From Narcine bancroftii (Eukaryota): a stretch of DNA of 64,000 nt. The notes under the pieces were generated by a model. That model was not told where the DNA came from. It ran no database searches and saw nothing but the letters and a program-made list of their open reading frames with translations. Both the position numbers and the translations under genes were made by a program. Location of the stretch: NCBI RefSeq assembly GCF_036971445.1, contig NC_091470.1, positions 190,340,001 to 190,404,000 on the forward strand. The letters are read 5' to 3'. Positions 23,603-36,084 of this stretch are shown in pieces. Positions within the stretch are counted from its first letter, which is position 1; the number at the start of each line of letters is the position of its first letter.

Positions 23603-24404
23603 TAGGTCTCTTTGCATCCTTAGTGTTATATTCATACATTCCTTTACTGTACATTGTTGCATTAATCCATCAATTTTATATTTTGCACTGTTCCAACTCC
23701 CGTGGACCCTTGTAGTTAACCCCCCTCCATTGTTTGTGGGGCTTTCCCTCGATTTCAATCCTGTAACGGAAGGGCCCTAGATTGTGCCCCCCCCCCCCCC
23801 CCCATCACCCTCTCGTTGGCTGCACCAAGCCTCAGCACGTATTCCTGCAGCCTGGAATGTCCCATTTGGCAGCATTCCCACTCCGACATCTCTGTGTTGT
23901 GAAGGACCAACAGGTTTCGGGTGGACTAATCTAAGCCTTTCACCAAGTTGATGGTCTTCCGGCAGTTCTGGATGACTGATTCTGTGTGTGCCTCCGGGAA
24001 CAGCCCGTAGATCAGAGAGTCCTCTGTCACACTGCCGCTGGAGATGAAATGTGACAAGTACCCTTGCATCCTTCTCCACACGCTCTTAGCGAATTCACAG
24101 TTTGAGCAACATATAAAATGATTGAAAAAAAGTAGGATGGATGTAGGCAGTTACTAGGCGAGTCCAGAACTAGGGGACATTGCCTCGAGGTCCAGGGGAG
24201 TAGATTTAAGACTGAGATGAGGCGGAACTGCTTTTCCCAAAGTGGAGTCAATCTATGGAATTCTCTGCCCGAGAAAGCAGCAGAAGCTGTTGAACAAGAA
24301 AGGCTGCAGATGCAGGGGTTGAGGGCAATAGATAAACGTGCTGGAGAAACTCCGTAGGTCACGAAGCATCCATAGGAATTAAAGGCTTCAGACAGAAGAA
24401 GCTT

Positions 24405-25745
24405 CCCCATTAGATATATTGTGTATCAAGAATGTTTGGTTTGGGAATCCATGGGAAGTCAAGGGATCTGAGATTGAACAAAATATCTAACATGTAAATA
24501 TCTTAAAAAAAAGGAGTGTTTGGTAAGTTAAATTTTACCACCAATTATTCAAAGGAAGCAAAATTGTTTTGTATAAAAAGATCTTTAAAACATTTAATAC
24601 CCAACCTATACCAGTCATTAAAGACAGTGTCTTGCAAAGAAGATTGAAAGAGGTTATTAGATATAACAGGACTAGCAAGAGGAAAAACTCTGAAATCCAA
24701 AAAAACATAAATGTGCCTATATTCTCAAATGATGTCTAATTATTGGATTATCAGTTAATTTATATATAGAAGAGGATTAAAAAAAGACCCTAGAGTTGCT
24801 AACATAGAAGTACTTTTAGTAAAATTAAATTCCATTTCTACCCATGTAGGGCGGCCAAGTAGATTATCGAAGTGTAATAAAAGAAGCAAATTCTGTATAT
24901 TGACCGCCCAGTAATAAAATCCAAAATTAGGTAATGCCAATCCCCCATTCCTTTTTGAAGATGAGTTTTATTTAAACATTTTCTTTGCCATGTGTAGGAA
25001 GATATGAGCGAATTAAGTGAGTCAAAAAAAATTTGGAAATAAAAATTGGTGTAGATTGGAAAAAATACAAAAATTTAGGGAAAATGTTAATTTTAATGGA
25101 ATTGATGTGACCAATCATGGAAATAGATAAAGGCGACCATCTCTTTTTTAAAATTTTATTTATTAATCAAAATAAGTCAAACAATCAAAATCAAAATGCA
25201 AGTAAATACATAATATTTGTACATATAATCCCCCACCCCCAACCCTAACACCCCCACCCCTTCCAACCCCCCTCTAATCTACCCCAAAAGAAAAAAAAAT
25301 ATAGAAGATAGAAGAGATCAACTTATGTAAAAATCATCAATTATTGCCATGGTTTGGTGCATCCCCAACAACCATGGGAAAAAATAACTATTACAAATTC
25401 AAACCCATATATCTCATATACGGGCTCTGAACTTTAACAAAGAAAGGATAATTATTATGTAAATTGTACATAATCTTTTCCAATGGGATACAAGACTTCA
25501 CTTCCAAATGCCAACATTGAATACTCAAATCAGTCTAATTTCTCCAAGTAATTGCAAAAAGTTTTCTTGCCACAGCTAGGGCCAGTCTCAGAAAAGCAAT
25601 TTGAGAATTATCTAATTTTAGTTCCAAACTCAAACCCACTAAAAATACCATAGGATCAAGCAAAATTTTAAATTTAAATAAAACTTCTAAAAGTTCCTTA
25701 ATTCTATTCCAAAAAGGCCTCACCTGATTTAATAAAGGAATTGTA
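24405..25745 (-). mobile_element. L1-type LINE ORF2 fragments (two pieces)
   Basis: GLALPNFGFYYWA and FWNRIKELL...LALAVARKLFAITW motifs; poly(T) at ~25145. Confidence 0.7.
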
Positions 25746-25748
25746 ATA

Positions 25749-26008
25749 CAGGTACACAATCCTTTATCTGGAACCCTTAGGGGGCAGTGTGTTCCAAATT
25801 TTGGATTTTTCTGGATCTCGGAAAGCCCACCCGAATTGTGCTGCCGTATCCACCCCACCCCCTTCCAGTCGCCCACTGTCTCCCCCAAACGTCGGTCCCT
25901 CGGCCGCCTCCCCCAAGTGCCAGTCCCTCGGCCGCCTCCCCCAAGCGCTGGCCACCTCTCTCCCCATTTACCGGGTTTTAGATGTCCGGATAAAGGATCG
26001 AGTACCTG
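25749..26008. mobile_element. Tc1/pogo (Tigger-type) MITE
   Basis: 24-bp imperfect TIR (CAGGTACACAATCCTTTATCTGGA / TCCGGATAAAGGATCGAGTACCTG) and TA TSD. Confidence 0.8.
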
Positions 26009-26124
26009 TACCAAGATAGGTAAATTGATTCTTCACAATCTTAAAAGGAAAATTAGATACATTGTGGACAAAAGTAAAATACAAAAGTCTGCAGACCCTG
26101 TGGTTGAAGTAAAAACATAAGGCC

Positions 26125-26500
26125 TAAACATGTTTGTACTCGGCATCTGATGCCTCTTGTGTCAGTGACTGGAATAGTCAGGCTATTCCTGTTGTCCTGA
26201 TACCATGTTTCCACGGTCACAATATCCTGGTGAATCCTTTCACCGTGTTCGTCACTGACTGCACCAAGACCAGCAGGGAAGACATTCAAGTGCGAATGCA
26301 GAAAATGAATTTTCGATGACATGTTGAACTTCATGGTTTTGTCTGCTTGAAGAAGATGACAGGAAATCACAGAAATAAGTTTTATCTAAAAAAATGGTAT
26401 GTGATAGGAAAATTTTATCCTTGTTTTTCATGATCAGCAGCCCAAAATCCAAATGAAATACACCCAAAGGTGTTCAGGAAGCAAAATCTTCATTGTTCTG
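26125..26500 (-). mobile_element. Chapaev-type DNA transposon fragment
   Basis: MSSKIHFLHSHLNVFPAGLGAVSDEHGERIHQDI; same family as 42342-43190. Confidence 0.6.
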
Positions 26501-26509
26501 TAGAATTGA

Positions 26510-27095
26510 ATATGAATATGAGGACAGGAGAGGGAAGGCGAGAATTGATCAGGGAGAGGGGTGGGTCTGTGAATACAGAGCTGGAAGAAAGGAAACAGAG
26601 GGAATGGGAAAGGGGGGGAGAGAGAGAGGAGAGAGGGGGGGAGGAAAGGAGACATGGGTATAGGGGAAGGGGGCGAGACAAGGGTAAGTGGGAGGATATT
26701 GGAAACCAGAGAAGTTGACGTAAATGTCATCTGGTTGGAGGGTGCCCAGACACAATATGTGATGCTGATCTTTCTATTTGCAGGTGGTCTCAGCCTGGTT
26801 GTGCAAGAGACATGTCAGCAAGGGAATGGGATGGGGAATTGAAATGCTTGACCTCTGGGAGATCCCCACCATTACAGCAGACAGAGCAATCATTCTCAGT
26901 GAAGCAATCTCACAATCTGCGTCCAGTCTCTCCGATATAGCGGAGACCTCCACGGGAGCACCGGATGCAGTACGGGAGCACCGGATGCAGTAGATGACCC
27001 CTGCAGATTCATGAGTGAAGTATGGCTTCACTTGGACCGGCGGGGGCCCCAAATAGCAGTGAGGGAGGAGGTGTGGGCGATGCCAGACAAGCGGC
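26510..27095 (-). mobile_element. Penelope-like element (GIY-YIG endonuclease relic)
   Basis: FTHESAGVIYCIRCSR motif with purine/pyrimidine-biased tail. Confidence 0.65.
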
Positions 27096-27178
27096 TTGAA
27101 TAAGGCGGGCATTCTTCAGAGAGGATGGACCTCCCCTCGGCTGCTCTCTCACCTTCCTCTCTTGTTTCTTTGCCTCAG

Positions 27179-27427
27179 CCTCACACAGCCTGAAGTATTT
27201 GTTCAACTTTTCCTTCAACGTTCCCCAACAGCCGACTTTCTCCAGGGTGGGGATGCTGGATGACCTGCAGATAGATTACTACAACAGCTCCTTGATGCAG
27301 GTTGAACCCAGGAAGCCATGGATGAAAGGCAGCCTCCTGACTAAGTACTGGAATCAGCAAAAAGAAATCTCACGCTCAGTCGAAAAGCTTTTATCTGAAG
27401 AACTGAGAATATACGCCTCATTTTTCA
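27179..27427 (+). CDS. MHC class I-like heavy chain, exon 2 (alpha1)
   Basis: Polypyrimidine-CAG acceptor and GTATGT donor, phase 1-1; ASHSLKYLF...VGMLDDLQIDYYNS...EPRKPWM...YWNQQ. Confidence 0.92.
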
Positions 27428-27459
27428 GTATGTATTTTGAACCTTTACTGAAGCTCACA

Positions 27460-28810
27460 TTAAATTTTAGGTGCAAGTCAAACAAATGCTGGAGAAACTC
27501 AGCAAGTCACGCAGTGTCTCGAAGAAGCAGAGGATAACCAACGTTTTGAGTATGATCAAAACCAGGGACCGAAATTAAAATGTGGGGGAGGAGAGGAAGG
27601 GACAGGGGGAGGAGCACTGGCAAGAGGTCAATAGGTGGATGCAGTGAGAGTGTAGAAGAGAAAACAATCTGAGTAGTGATGGGGGAGGGGTTTGCTGGGT
27701 GACTGGGGTGGGAGCTGGAGGAAGGGAGACAGAGAGTGAGGGAAATAGAAAGACTCGGTGGAGGGGTTCAACGGAAACCAGAGGTCGATTATAATCTGGT
27801 GGAGTGTGTCCAGACAAAATGGGTAGAGTTGCAAGCACCACAGGTTTGGCAGTACTGGAGGTCCTGGATTGACATGTTGGTGTGGGAATGGGGCATGGAA
27901 TTAAAATGGATGGCCACCGGGCAGTCCCTGCTAGTGCAGCAGTCAGAGAAAAGATGCTTGACGAAACAATCTTCTTGTCTGCGCTCAGTCTCCCTGATGT
28001 AGAGGAGGCCACAATGGGAGCACTGGGTGCAGGAAATGACCTCCACAGATCTCTCCATAGCCATAGGCACTGCCAAACCTACAAATTGGTCAAACAATGC
28101 CTAATATTCCATCTGGGCACTCTCCAACCAGAGAGTAACATCAACGTCTCCTGTTTCTGTTAAATCTCTCTCTCTCTCTCTCTCTCCCCCTCCCCCATTG
28201 TCCCATCTCTTTTCCTCCAGTTCCCCCTGCTTTCCCCTCCCTCTCCATTCAGTTCCCCACCCACTTTCTTTCCCTCTCCATTCAGTTCTCTCCTCCCCTC
28301 TTTCCTTCCCCATCACCTCAGCTTTTCTCCCCTGCCTCCCACCCATATCCACCGAGGAACTGGTTGCCTGAACTCCTACCTGTGTCTTCCTCCCCCCTCG
28401 CCTCCCACACCTTCTTATTCAGGCACCTGCCTGCCTGCTTTTTGCTCATCCCTAGACAAAGAGCCCAGGCTCTAAGTGGTGGCTTCCTTTTACTTCCTGT
28501 TGGGCACTACCAGTTGCCCCAATAATTACAGAGACTGTGGGGAACAATGGGCTTTATTACACACGAGACTGCTGGACCGGGTCCAAGCTAGGGAAATGAG
28601 GGGAGGGAGAGGAGTCTCGACCTTTATGGCCTGGGTCACAGGGGAGGAGACCAGGAGAGGATGTCATCGGGAAGGCAGACCAGCCTGTGCCTATAGTACA
28701 TATAACCATATCATTACATTTCCTATGGATGGTGAATGGCTTGCTGAGTTTCTCCAGCATTGATGTGCGTTGTTCTCGACTCCAGCATCTGCACACTTTC
28801 CTTTTTAACT
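27460..28810. mobile_element. Penelope-like fragments in inverted arrangement, with a solo LTR at 28498-28718
   Basis: QCSHCGLLYIRETERR on the minus strand, LIFHLGTLQP on the plus strand; LTR TG...CA with CTTCC/TTTCC flanks. Confidence 0.6.
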
Positions 28811-28894
28811 ACATTGAATCGTGTGGCTAGCAGTTAACAGTTCAGTTTTTAAATTTTAAAATTCCAATCCCCCCTTTCGATTTCTTTCAAAATT

Positions 28895-29130
28895 TTCAAT
28901 TTCAATAAGAGACACAGTACAGTAACAAACCCTTCTAACCCACGAGACCGCGGTGCCCAAATAAACCCATGTGACTAATTAACAGACTACCTGCATATCT
29001 TTGGAACATAGGGAGAAACCGAAGCACCCGGAGGAAACCCACTCATGACATTGGGAGAACATACAAACTCCATACAGACAGCGCTGAATTCGAACCCGGT
29101 CACTGGCGCTGCGTTAACTATGTCACCCTG
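28895..29130 (-). mobile_element. V-SINE/HE1-type SINE (others at ~34365-34590, ~42460-42700, ~44250-44450, ~45315-45430)
   Basis: GAAACCGAAGCACCCGGAGGAAACCCAC...ACAAACTCCATACAGACAG plus a B-box-like TTCGAACC. Confidence 0.6.
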
Positions 29131-29159
29131 ATCTCTTAAGGTTCACAATCTATTCCATA

Positions 29160-29600
29160 CTGTAGAACCATAGAACGATAGCATAGAAACAAGCCCAGGG
29201 CATGCTGGACCATTTTTCTGCCTCAACCCACTGACCTGCACTCAGTCCATAGCCCTCCGTACCTCTCCTATCCAGGTACCTGACCGAATTCTTCTTAAAT
29301 GTTAAAATTGAGCCCAAATTCACCACTTCAGCTGGCAGCTCGTTCCACACTCCCACCGCTCTCTTTGTGAAGAAGTTGCCTTTCATATTCCCCCTAAACT
29401 TTTCCCTTTTATCCTTAACCCATGTCCTCTGGTTTGTATCTCTCCTGTCCTCAGTGGAAAAAACTGACGTACATTCACTCTCATAATTTTAAATGCCTCT
29501 ATCAAATCTTCTCTCATTCTTCTGTGCTCCGGGGAATAAAGTCCTAACCTGCTTAACCTATTCCTATAACTCACTTCCTGGAGTCTGGGCCACACCTGCA
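29160..29600 (-). mobile_element. CR1 LINE 3' end
   Basis: RRMREDLIEAFKIM, TRGHGL, FFTKRAVGVWNELP. Confidence 0.85.
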
Positions 29601-29994
29601 ATTAGAAACAGATTCCCAATTATCCTGGGGAAGTTGCAGCCTTTCAGAATCCTATCCCTGGAGACCCCTCCTGCCTCCCTCCGACAGGTAGAAACACTGC
29701 GGAGACCATCAGGCTCACTGACCATGCTGGCTTTTCATGTGGCTGTCAGGGCAGAGGGTATGGTGAGCTCCCCATCCTCGACACATGGTGAACTTTTCTG
29801 TCGGTGATGGGTGTCCTCATCTCTCCTGCTACTGCCATGGTCCCTGGATATGATCCCCAGATGGGAGTCCCTGGGTCATATTCAACATTCAGTGCTAGGA
29901 TTCAAACTGCAGTTTGCTGGTTCTACACACAACCCCTTCCTCCTCCCACTGCGTGTGCCTTCTCTGTACATAGTGCACATAGTACACGACACCT

Positions 29995-32900
29995 CATTGT
30001 GACCCCTTCTCTGAACACGCACCTACACACAGATCACAGTCCCTCTCTGTGACCCCTTCTCTGTACACACACCCACACAGTACACAGTCCCTTCCTATGA
30101 CCCATTCTCTGTATACACACCCACACACAGTACAGAGTCCCTCCCTGTGACCCTTTCTCTGTACACACACCCACACAGTACGCAGTCCCTCACTGTGACC
30201 CCTTCCCTGTACACACACCCACACAGTACGCAGTCCCTCCCTGCGACTCCCTTCTCTCTACATGCACCCACACAGTGCACAATCCCACATTGTGACCCCT
30301 TCTCTGTACACACACCCACACACAGTACACAGTCCCTCCCTGTGACCCCTTCTCTGTACACACACCTACACAGTACACAGTCCCTCACTGTGACCCCTTC
30401 TCTGCACACACACCCACTCAGTACGCAGTCCCTCCATGACCCCTTCCCTGTACACACACCCACACAGTACGCAGTCCCTCCATGACCCCTTCTCTGTACA
30501 CACACCCACACAGTGCAGTCCCTCCCTGCGACTCCCTTCTCTCTACATGCACCCACACAGTGCACAATTCCACATTGTGACCCCTTCTCTGTACACACAC
30601 CCACACACAGTACACAGTCCCTCCCTGTGACCCCTTCTCTGTACACACACCCACACAGTACGCAGTCCCTCCCTGTGACCCCTTCTCTGTACATGCACCC
30701 ACACAGTGCACAATCCCACATTGTGACCCCTTCTCTGTACATGCACCCACACAGTGCACAATCCCACATTGTGACCCCTTCTCTGTACACACACTCACAC
30801 AGTACGCAGTCCCTCACTGCAACTCCCTCCTCTGTACATGCACCCACACAGTGCACAATCCCACATTGTGACCCCTTCTCTGTACACACACTCACACAGT
30901 ACGCAGTCCCTCACTGCAACTCCCTCCTCTGTACATGCACCACACAGTGCACAATCCCACATTGTGACCCCCTTTTCTGTACACACACCCACACAGTACG
31001 CAGTCCCTCACTGTGACTCCCTTCTCTGTACATGCACCCACACTCTGCACAATCCCACATTGTGACCCCTTCTCTGTACACACACCCACACAGTGCAGTC
31101 CCTCCCTGTGACCCCTTCTCTGTACATGCACCCACACAGTGAACAATCCCACATTGTGACCCCTTCTCTGTACACACACTCACACAGTACGCAGTCCCTC
31201 ACTGCAACTCCCTCCTCTGTACATGCACCACACAGTGCACAGTCCCTCACTGTGACCCCTTCTCTGTACACACACCCACACAGTATACAGTCCCTCACTG
31301 TGACCCCTTCTTTGTACACACACCCACACAGTACGCAGTCCCTCACTGCGACCCCTTCTCTGTACACACACCCACACAGTACACAGTCCCTTCCTATGAC
31401 CCATTCTCTGTATACACACCCACACACAGTACAGAGTCCCTCCCTGTGACCCCTTCTCTGTACACACACCCACACAGTACGCAGTCCCTCACTGTGACCC
31501 CTTCCCTGTACACACACCCACACAGTACGCAGTCCCTCCCTGCGACTCCCTTCTCTCTACATGCACCCACACAGTGCACAATCCCACATTGTGACCCCTT
31601 CTCTGTACACACACCCACACACAGTACACAGTCCCTCCCTGTGACCCCTTCTCTGTACACACACCTACACAGTACACAGTCCCTCACTGTGACCCCTTCT
31701 CTGCACACACACCCACTCAGTACGCAGTCCCTCCATGACCCCTTCCCTGTACACACACCCACACAGTACGCAGTCCCTCCATAACCCCTTCTCTGTACAC
31801 ACACCCACACAGTGCAGTCCCTCCCTGTGACCCCTTCTCTGTACATGCACCCACACAGTGCACAATCCCACATTGTGACCCCTTCTCTGTACATGCACCC
31901 ACACAGTGCACAATCCCACATTGTGACCCCTTCTCTGTACACACACCCACACACAGTACACAGTCCCTCCCTGTGACCCCTTCTCTGTACACACACCTAC
32001 ACAGTACACAGTCCCTCCCTGTGACCCCTTCTCTGTACACATACCCACACAGTACGCAGTCCCTCACTGTGACCCCTTCTCTGTACACACACCCACTCAG
32101 TACGCAGTCCCTCCATGACCCCTTCTCTGTACACACACCCACACAGTGCAGTCCCTCCCTGTGACCCCTTCTCTGTACATGCACCCACACAGTGCACAAT
32201 CCCACATTGTGACCCCTTCTCTGTACATGCACCCACACAGTGCACAATCCCACATTGTGACCCCTTCTCTGTACACACACTCACACAGTACGCAGTCCCT
32301 CACTGCAACTCCCTCCTCTGTACATGCACCCACACAGTGCACAATCCCACATTGTGACCCCTTCTCTGTACACACACTCACACAGTACGCAGTCCCTCAC
32401 TGCAACTCCCTCCTCTGTACATGCACCACACAGTGCACAATCCCACATTGTGACCCCCTTTTCTGTACACACACCCACACAGTACGCAGTCCCTCACTGT
32501 GACTCCCTTCTCTGTACATGCACCCACACTCTGCACAATCCCACATTGTGACCCCTTCTCTGTACACACACCCACACAGTGCAGTCCCTCCCTGTGACCC
32601 CTTCTCTGTACATGCACCCACACAGTGAACAATCCCACATTGTGACCCCTTATCTGTACACACACTCACACAGTACGCAGTCCCTCACTGCAACTCCCTC
32701 CTCTGTACATGCACCACACAGTGCACAATCCCACATTGTGACCCCCTTTTCTGTACACACACCCACACAGTACGCAGTCCCTCACTGCAACTCCCTCCTC
32801 TGTACATGCACCACACAGTGCACAATCCCACATTGTGACCCCCTTTTCTGTACACACACCCACACAGTACGCAGTCCCTCACTGTGACTCCCTTCTCTGT

Positions 32901-33625
32901 ACATGCACCCACACTCTGCACAATCCCACATTGTGACCCCTTCTCTGTACACACACCCACACAGTGCAGTCCCTCCCTGTGACCCCTTCTCTGTACATGC
33001 ACCCACACAGTGAACAATCCCACATTGTGACCCCTTCTCTGTACACACACCCACACACAGTATACAGTCCCTCACTGTGGCCCCTTCTCTGCACACAGAC
33101 CCACACAGTGCACAGTCCCTCACTGTGACCCCTTCTCTGTACACACACCCACACAGTATACAGTCCCTCACTGTGACCCCTTCTTTGTACACACACCCAC
33201 ACAGTACGCAGTCCCTCCATGACCCCTTCTCTGTACACACACCCACACAGTGCAGTCCCTCCCTGTGACCCCTTCTCTGTACACAGACTCACACAGTGCA
33301 CAGTCCCTCACTGTGACCCCTTCTTTGTACACACACCCACACAGTACACAGTCCTTCCCTGTAATCCTGCGCTCTGTACACACACTCACACTCAGTATAC
33401 AATCCCTCACTGCGACTCCCTCCTCTGTACACACACCTACACACAGTACCTTATAGTAATGCCAGGCTCTATGCACACATTGCAACCTTACATGGTCCCT
33501 CACTATGATCCCACGCTCTGCACTCACACTGATGCCACTGTACAATGTACCCCACTATGATCTTGCGCTCTGTGCACAAACTGATATAACTACACCATCC
33601 ATCACTGTGATCCTGTGGTCTGTAC
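29995..33625. repeat. ~3.6-kb minisatellite, ~48-bp unit
   Basis: TGTGACCCCTTCTCTGTACACACACCCACACAGTACGCAGTCCCTCAC and variants; edges degenerate. Confidence 0.97.
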
Positions 33626-33859
33626 ACATAGAAACATAGAAGATAGGAGCAGGAGTAGGTCATTTGGCCCTTCGAGCCTGCTCCGCCATTCAATGAGATC
33701 ATGGCTGATCTTAAGTTCAGTACCCTGTCCCCGCCTTCTCACCCCAGCACACACTATAACAGTCCTACGATGAGTCAGTATGTGCATAGGTAATATCCAT
33801 AGGGGTCTGGGTTGAAGCACTGAAAATTAATGATGATTTAATTGATATGTTTGTCCATG

Positions 33860-34360
33860 GTTATATCTCCCAGTGGCCACCCATTTCAATTTTACATCCC
33901 ATTCCCTTGTTGACATGGGTCCCTTGCCCTTGGTCTCATACATAGACAGACTGAGTCCACCTACAAACTGGAAGAACACCACCTCATCGTCCATCTGGGC
34001 ACCTTCCAACCGGACGACATTTACATCTTTGGTTTCTGTTAGCCCTCTACTTCTCTTTTCCTTTAGCTCTGTCTCTCTCTCTCCTTGTTGCTCTCTCTCC
34101 TTTCCTGCAGCTCTCTATTCTCAGAGCCAGCCCCTGCCCCAATTGATTCACACCTTTCTTCTGCTGTCCTCCTATCTGTGCCCAATTATCACCTTTTGGC
34201 AGTTGGACTGTGGTTCTCCCCCTGCCCTTTCTTTCGTTCTCCCCAGTCCATTAATTTTGACACCTTCCTGCTTTGCACTCGTACCTTGAAGAAGGGCTCA
34301 GGCCTGAAACATCGGTTATATATATCCTTACTTTCTATGACTCTGCGAGACCTGTTGAGA
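33860..34360 (+). mobile_element. Penelope-like 3' fragment
   Basis: VATHFN...KLEEHHLIVHLGTFQP. Confidence 0.6.
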
Positions 34361-34646
34361 TTCAATTTATATTTAAATTAAATTTAGACACACAGCATGG
34401 TAACAGTCCTTCCGGCGCACAAGCCAGTGTCACCCAATCACACCAATTAACCTACAAGACCCATATGTTTTTGAAGTTTTGGATAGGGGAGAGCATACAA
34501 ACTCCTTAAAGACTGCGCGGGATTCGAACCAGGGACGCTGGCTCTGTACAACGTTGTGCTTACTGGCTACATTAATTCTGCCACCCTCCCTCCAACATCT
34601 CTGATTTTTTTTTTACTATGAAGATTAACCTGTTCATCCTTCACAG

Positions 34647-34913
34647 GCATCCACTACTTGGAGGGGATGTGGGGCTGTACACAATCTGAATCTACAACCA
34701 ATGTTTTTGTAAATTTAAAGACGGAAACTGCTGGAGAGATTGACTGTGATATTATCATAATGAAGTGTTCTGCCACCGGTATCTTTGCTGCCACAAATGA
34801 CCCTCTAAGCATATTGGATGAAGAATCCTCGCCTATCCGTGCAGTGAATGCCAGCTGCATTTCCGACTTGCAGAATATCCTCAAGCTTGGTAAAGCGGCC
34901 CTGGAAAGAAAAG
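34647..34913 (+). CDS. MHC class I-like heavy chain, exon 3 (alpha2)
   Basis: CACAG acceptor, AAG|GCAAGT donor, phase 1-1; IHYLEGMWGC (C101)...SCISDLQNILKLGKAALERK (C164). Confidence 0.88.
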
Positions 34914-35231
34914 GCAAGTTGGAGCATCTCAGTGTGCATCCTCTGGCTGGGAGGGTGGCGGAGTTCCCTATCTGGAGTCAACCGATCCGGGTTGGTGAAA
35001 GCTCTCCCAATCTGGGATGGTGACAGATCTCCTGATCTGGAAACTGAGGGAGCTCTGGATCCAGGGCAGCGTGGGGGTTCCCAATCCAGGATTCTCCTGG
35101 CCCACGATGGTGAGGGAGCTCCCGATCAATGATGTTCCTGATACGAGCTTTAATTTTAGCCAATGAGACCATCCTGCATCTGAGAGTTTGGGGATGATCT
35201 CATCTTGGGCATCCGAGGATTCCCTGAATTG

Positions 35232-35592
35232 GGAACATAAGAAATAGGATCAGGATTCGGCCATCTGGCCTGTCAAGCCTGCTTTGCAATTCAATGAGAT
35301 CATGGCTGATCTGATAGGCTCATCTCCACCTACTTGCCTTTTCCCCATATCCCTTAATCCCCCTACCATGTAAAAATCTATCCAACCTTGTCTTAAATTT
35401 GCTGTTCAAAGGGCAGCAATTTCCACAGATTCACCCCCTCATCTCCATTCAAAATCTTCTACCCTGGATCCTAAGGCTATGTCCCCTAGTTCTAGTCTCC
35501 CCCACCAATGGAAACAACTTGCTTAATTCTATCTGATCTACGCCTTTCATAATTTTATACATTTCTATCAGATCCCCTCTCACTCTTCTAAC
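35232..35592 (-). mobile_element. CR1 LINE 3' end
   Basis: AACATAAGAAATAGGA...AATGAGATCATGGCTGATC terminal pattern; similar copy at 53358-53833. Confidence 0.7.
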
Positions 35593-35770
35593 AGGGCGTG
35601 GAGCCTTGACCTGTGACTAATCTTAAGCTGGAGACTTAAATCCTGGGTTGCTGGAGGGGATGGTTGTGTAGGTGGCTGTTGGAGGTGGCAGGGTTAGACA
35701 GCCATGATTCCAGCCCTCAGACTGGCAGGTCTGTGTTGGGAAAGTGATGTGATTTACCATTCTTCCCCAG

Positions 35771-36046
35771 TTGCTCCAGAGCTGGTGCTGTTCATCAGGA
35801 GCCTGTCTCCTGAAGAGGGCGATACTCTTGTGTGCCTCATCACTCCCTTTTACCCCCGTGCCATCAACGCCACTTGGCTGAGGAATGGGCAGGCCGTCTC
35901 AGCTGGCAGCAACGCGACTGTTCTACAAAACCAAGACGGGACGTACTGGATGGAACTGCTCATTGAGCTGCAAGGTCGTGATCCACGGACCTTCTCCTGT
36001 CAGGTTCAGCACAGCAGCCTGTCGGAGACACTGACCGTGAGGGCAG
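35771..36046 (+). CDS. MHC class I-like heavy chain, exon 4 (alpha3, C1-set Ig)
   Basis: TLVCLITPFYPRAINATWLRNG...NQDGTY...FSCQVQHSSL; CCCCAG acceptor, CAG|GTAGGT donor. Confidence 0.95.
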
Positions 36047-36084
36047 GTAGGTCACTTTACAGGACACAATGTGCTCTGTGGAGA

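Noticed and set aside
27428-27537. ORF-track extensions beyond the alpha1, alpha2 and alpha3 exons
   Set aside because: Read-through into introns past clear splice donors.
29994-33560. Dozens of Cys/His/Val-rich ORFs and a CRISPR-like periodicity
   Set aside because: The 48-bp unit is a multiple of 3, so frames stay open by chance; there are no unique spacers or cas genes, and the DNA is eukaryotic.
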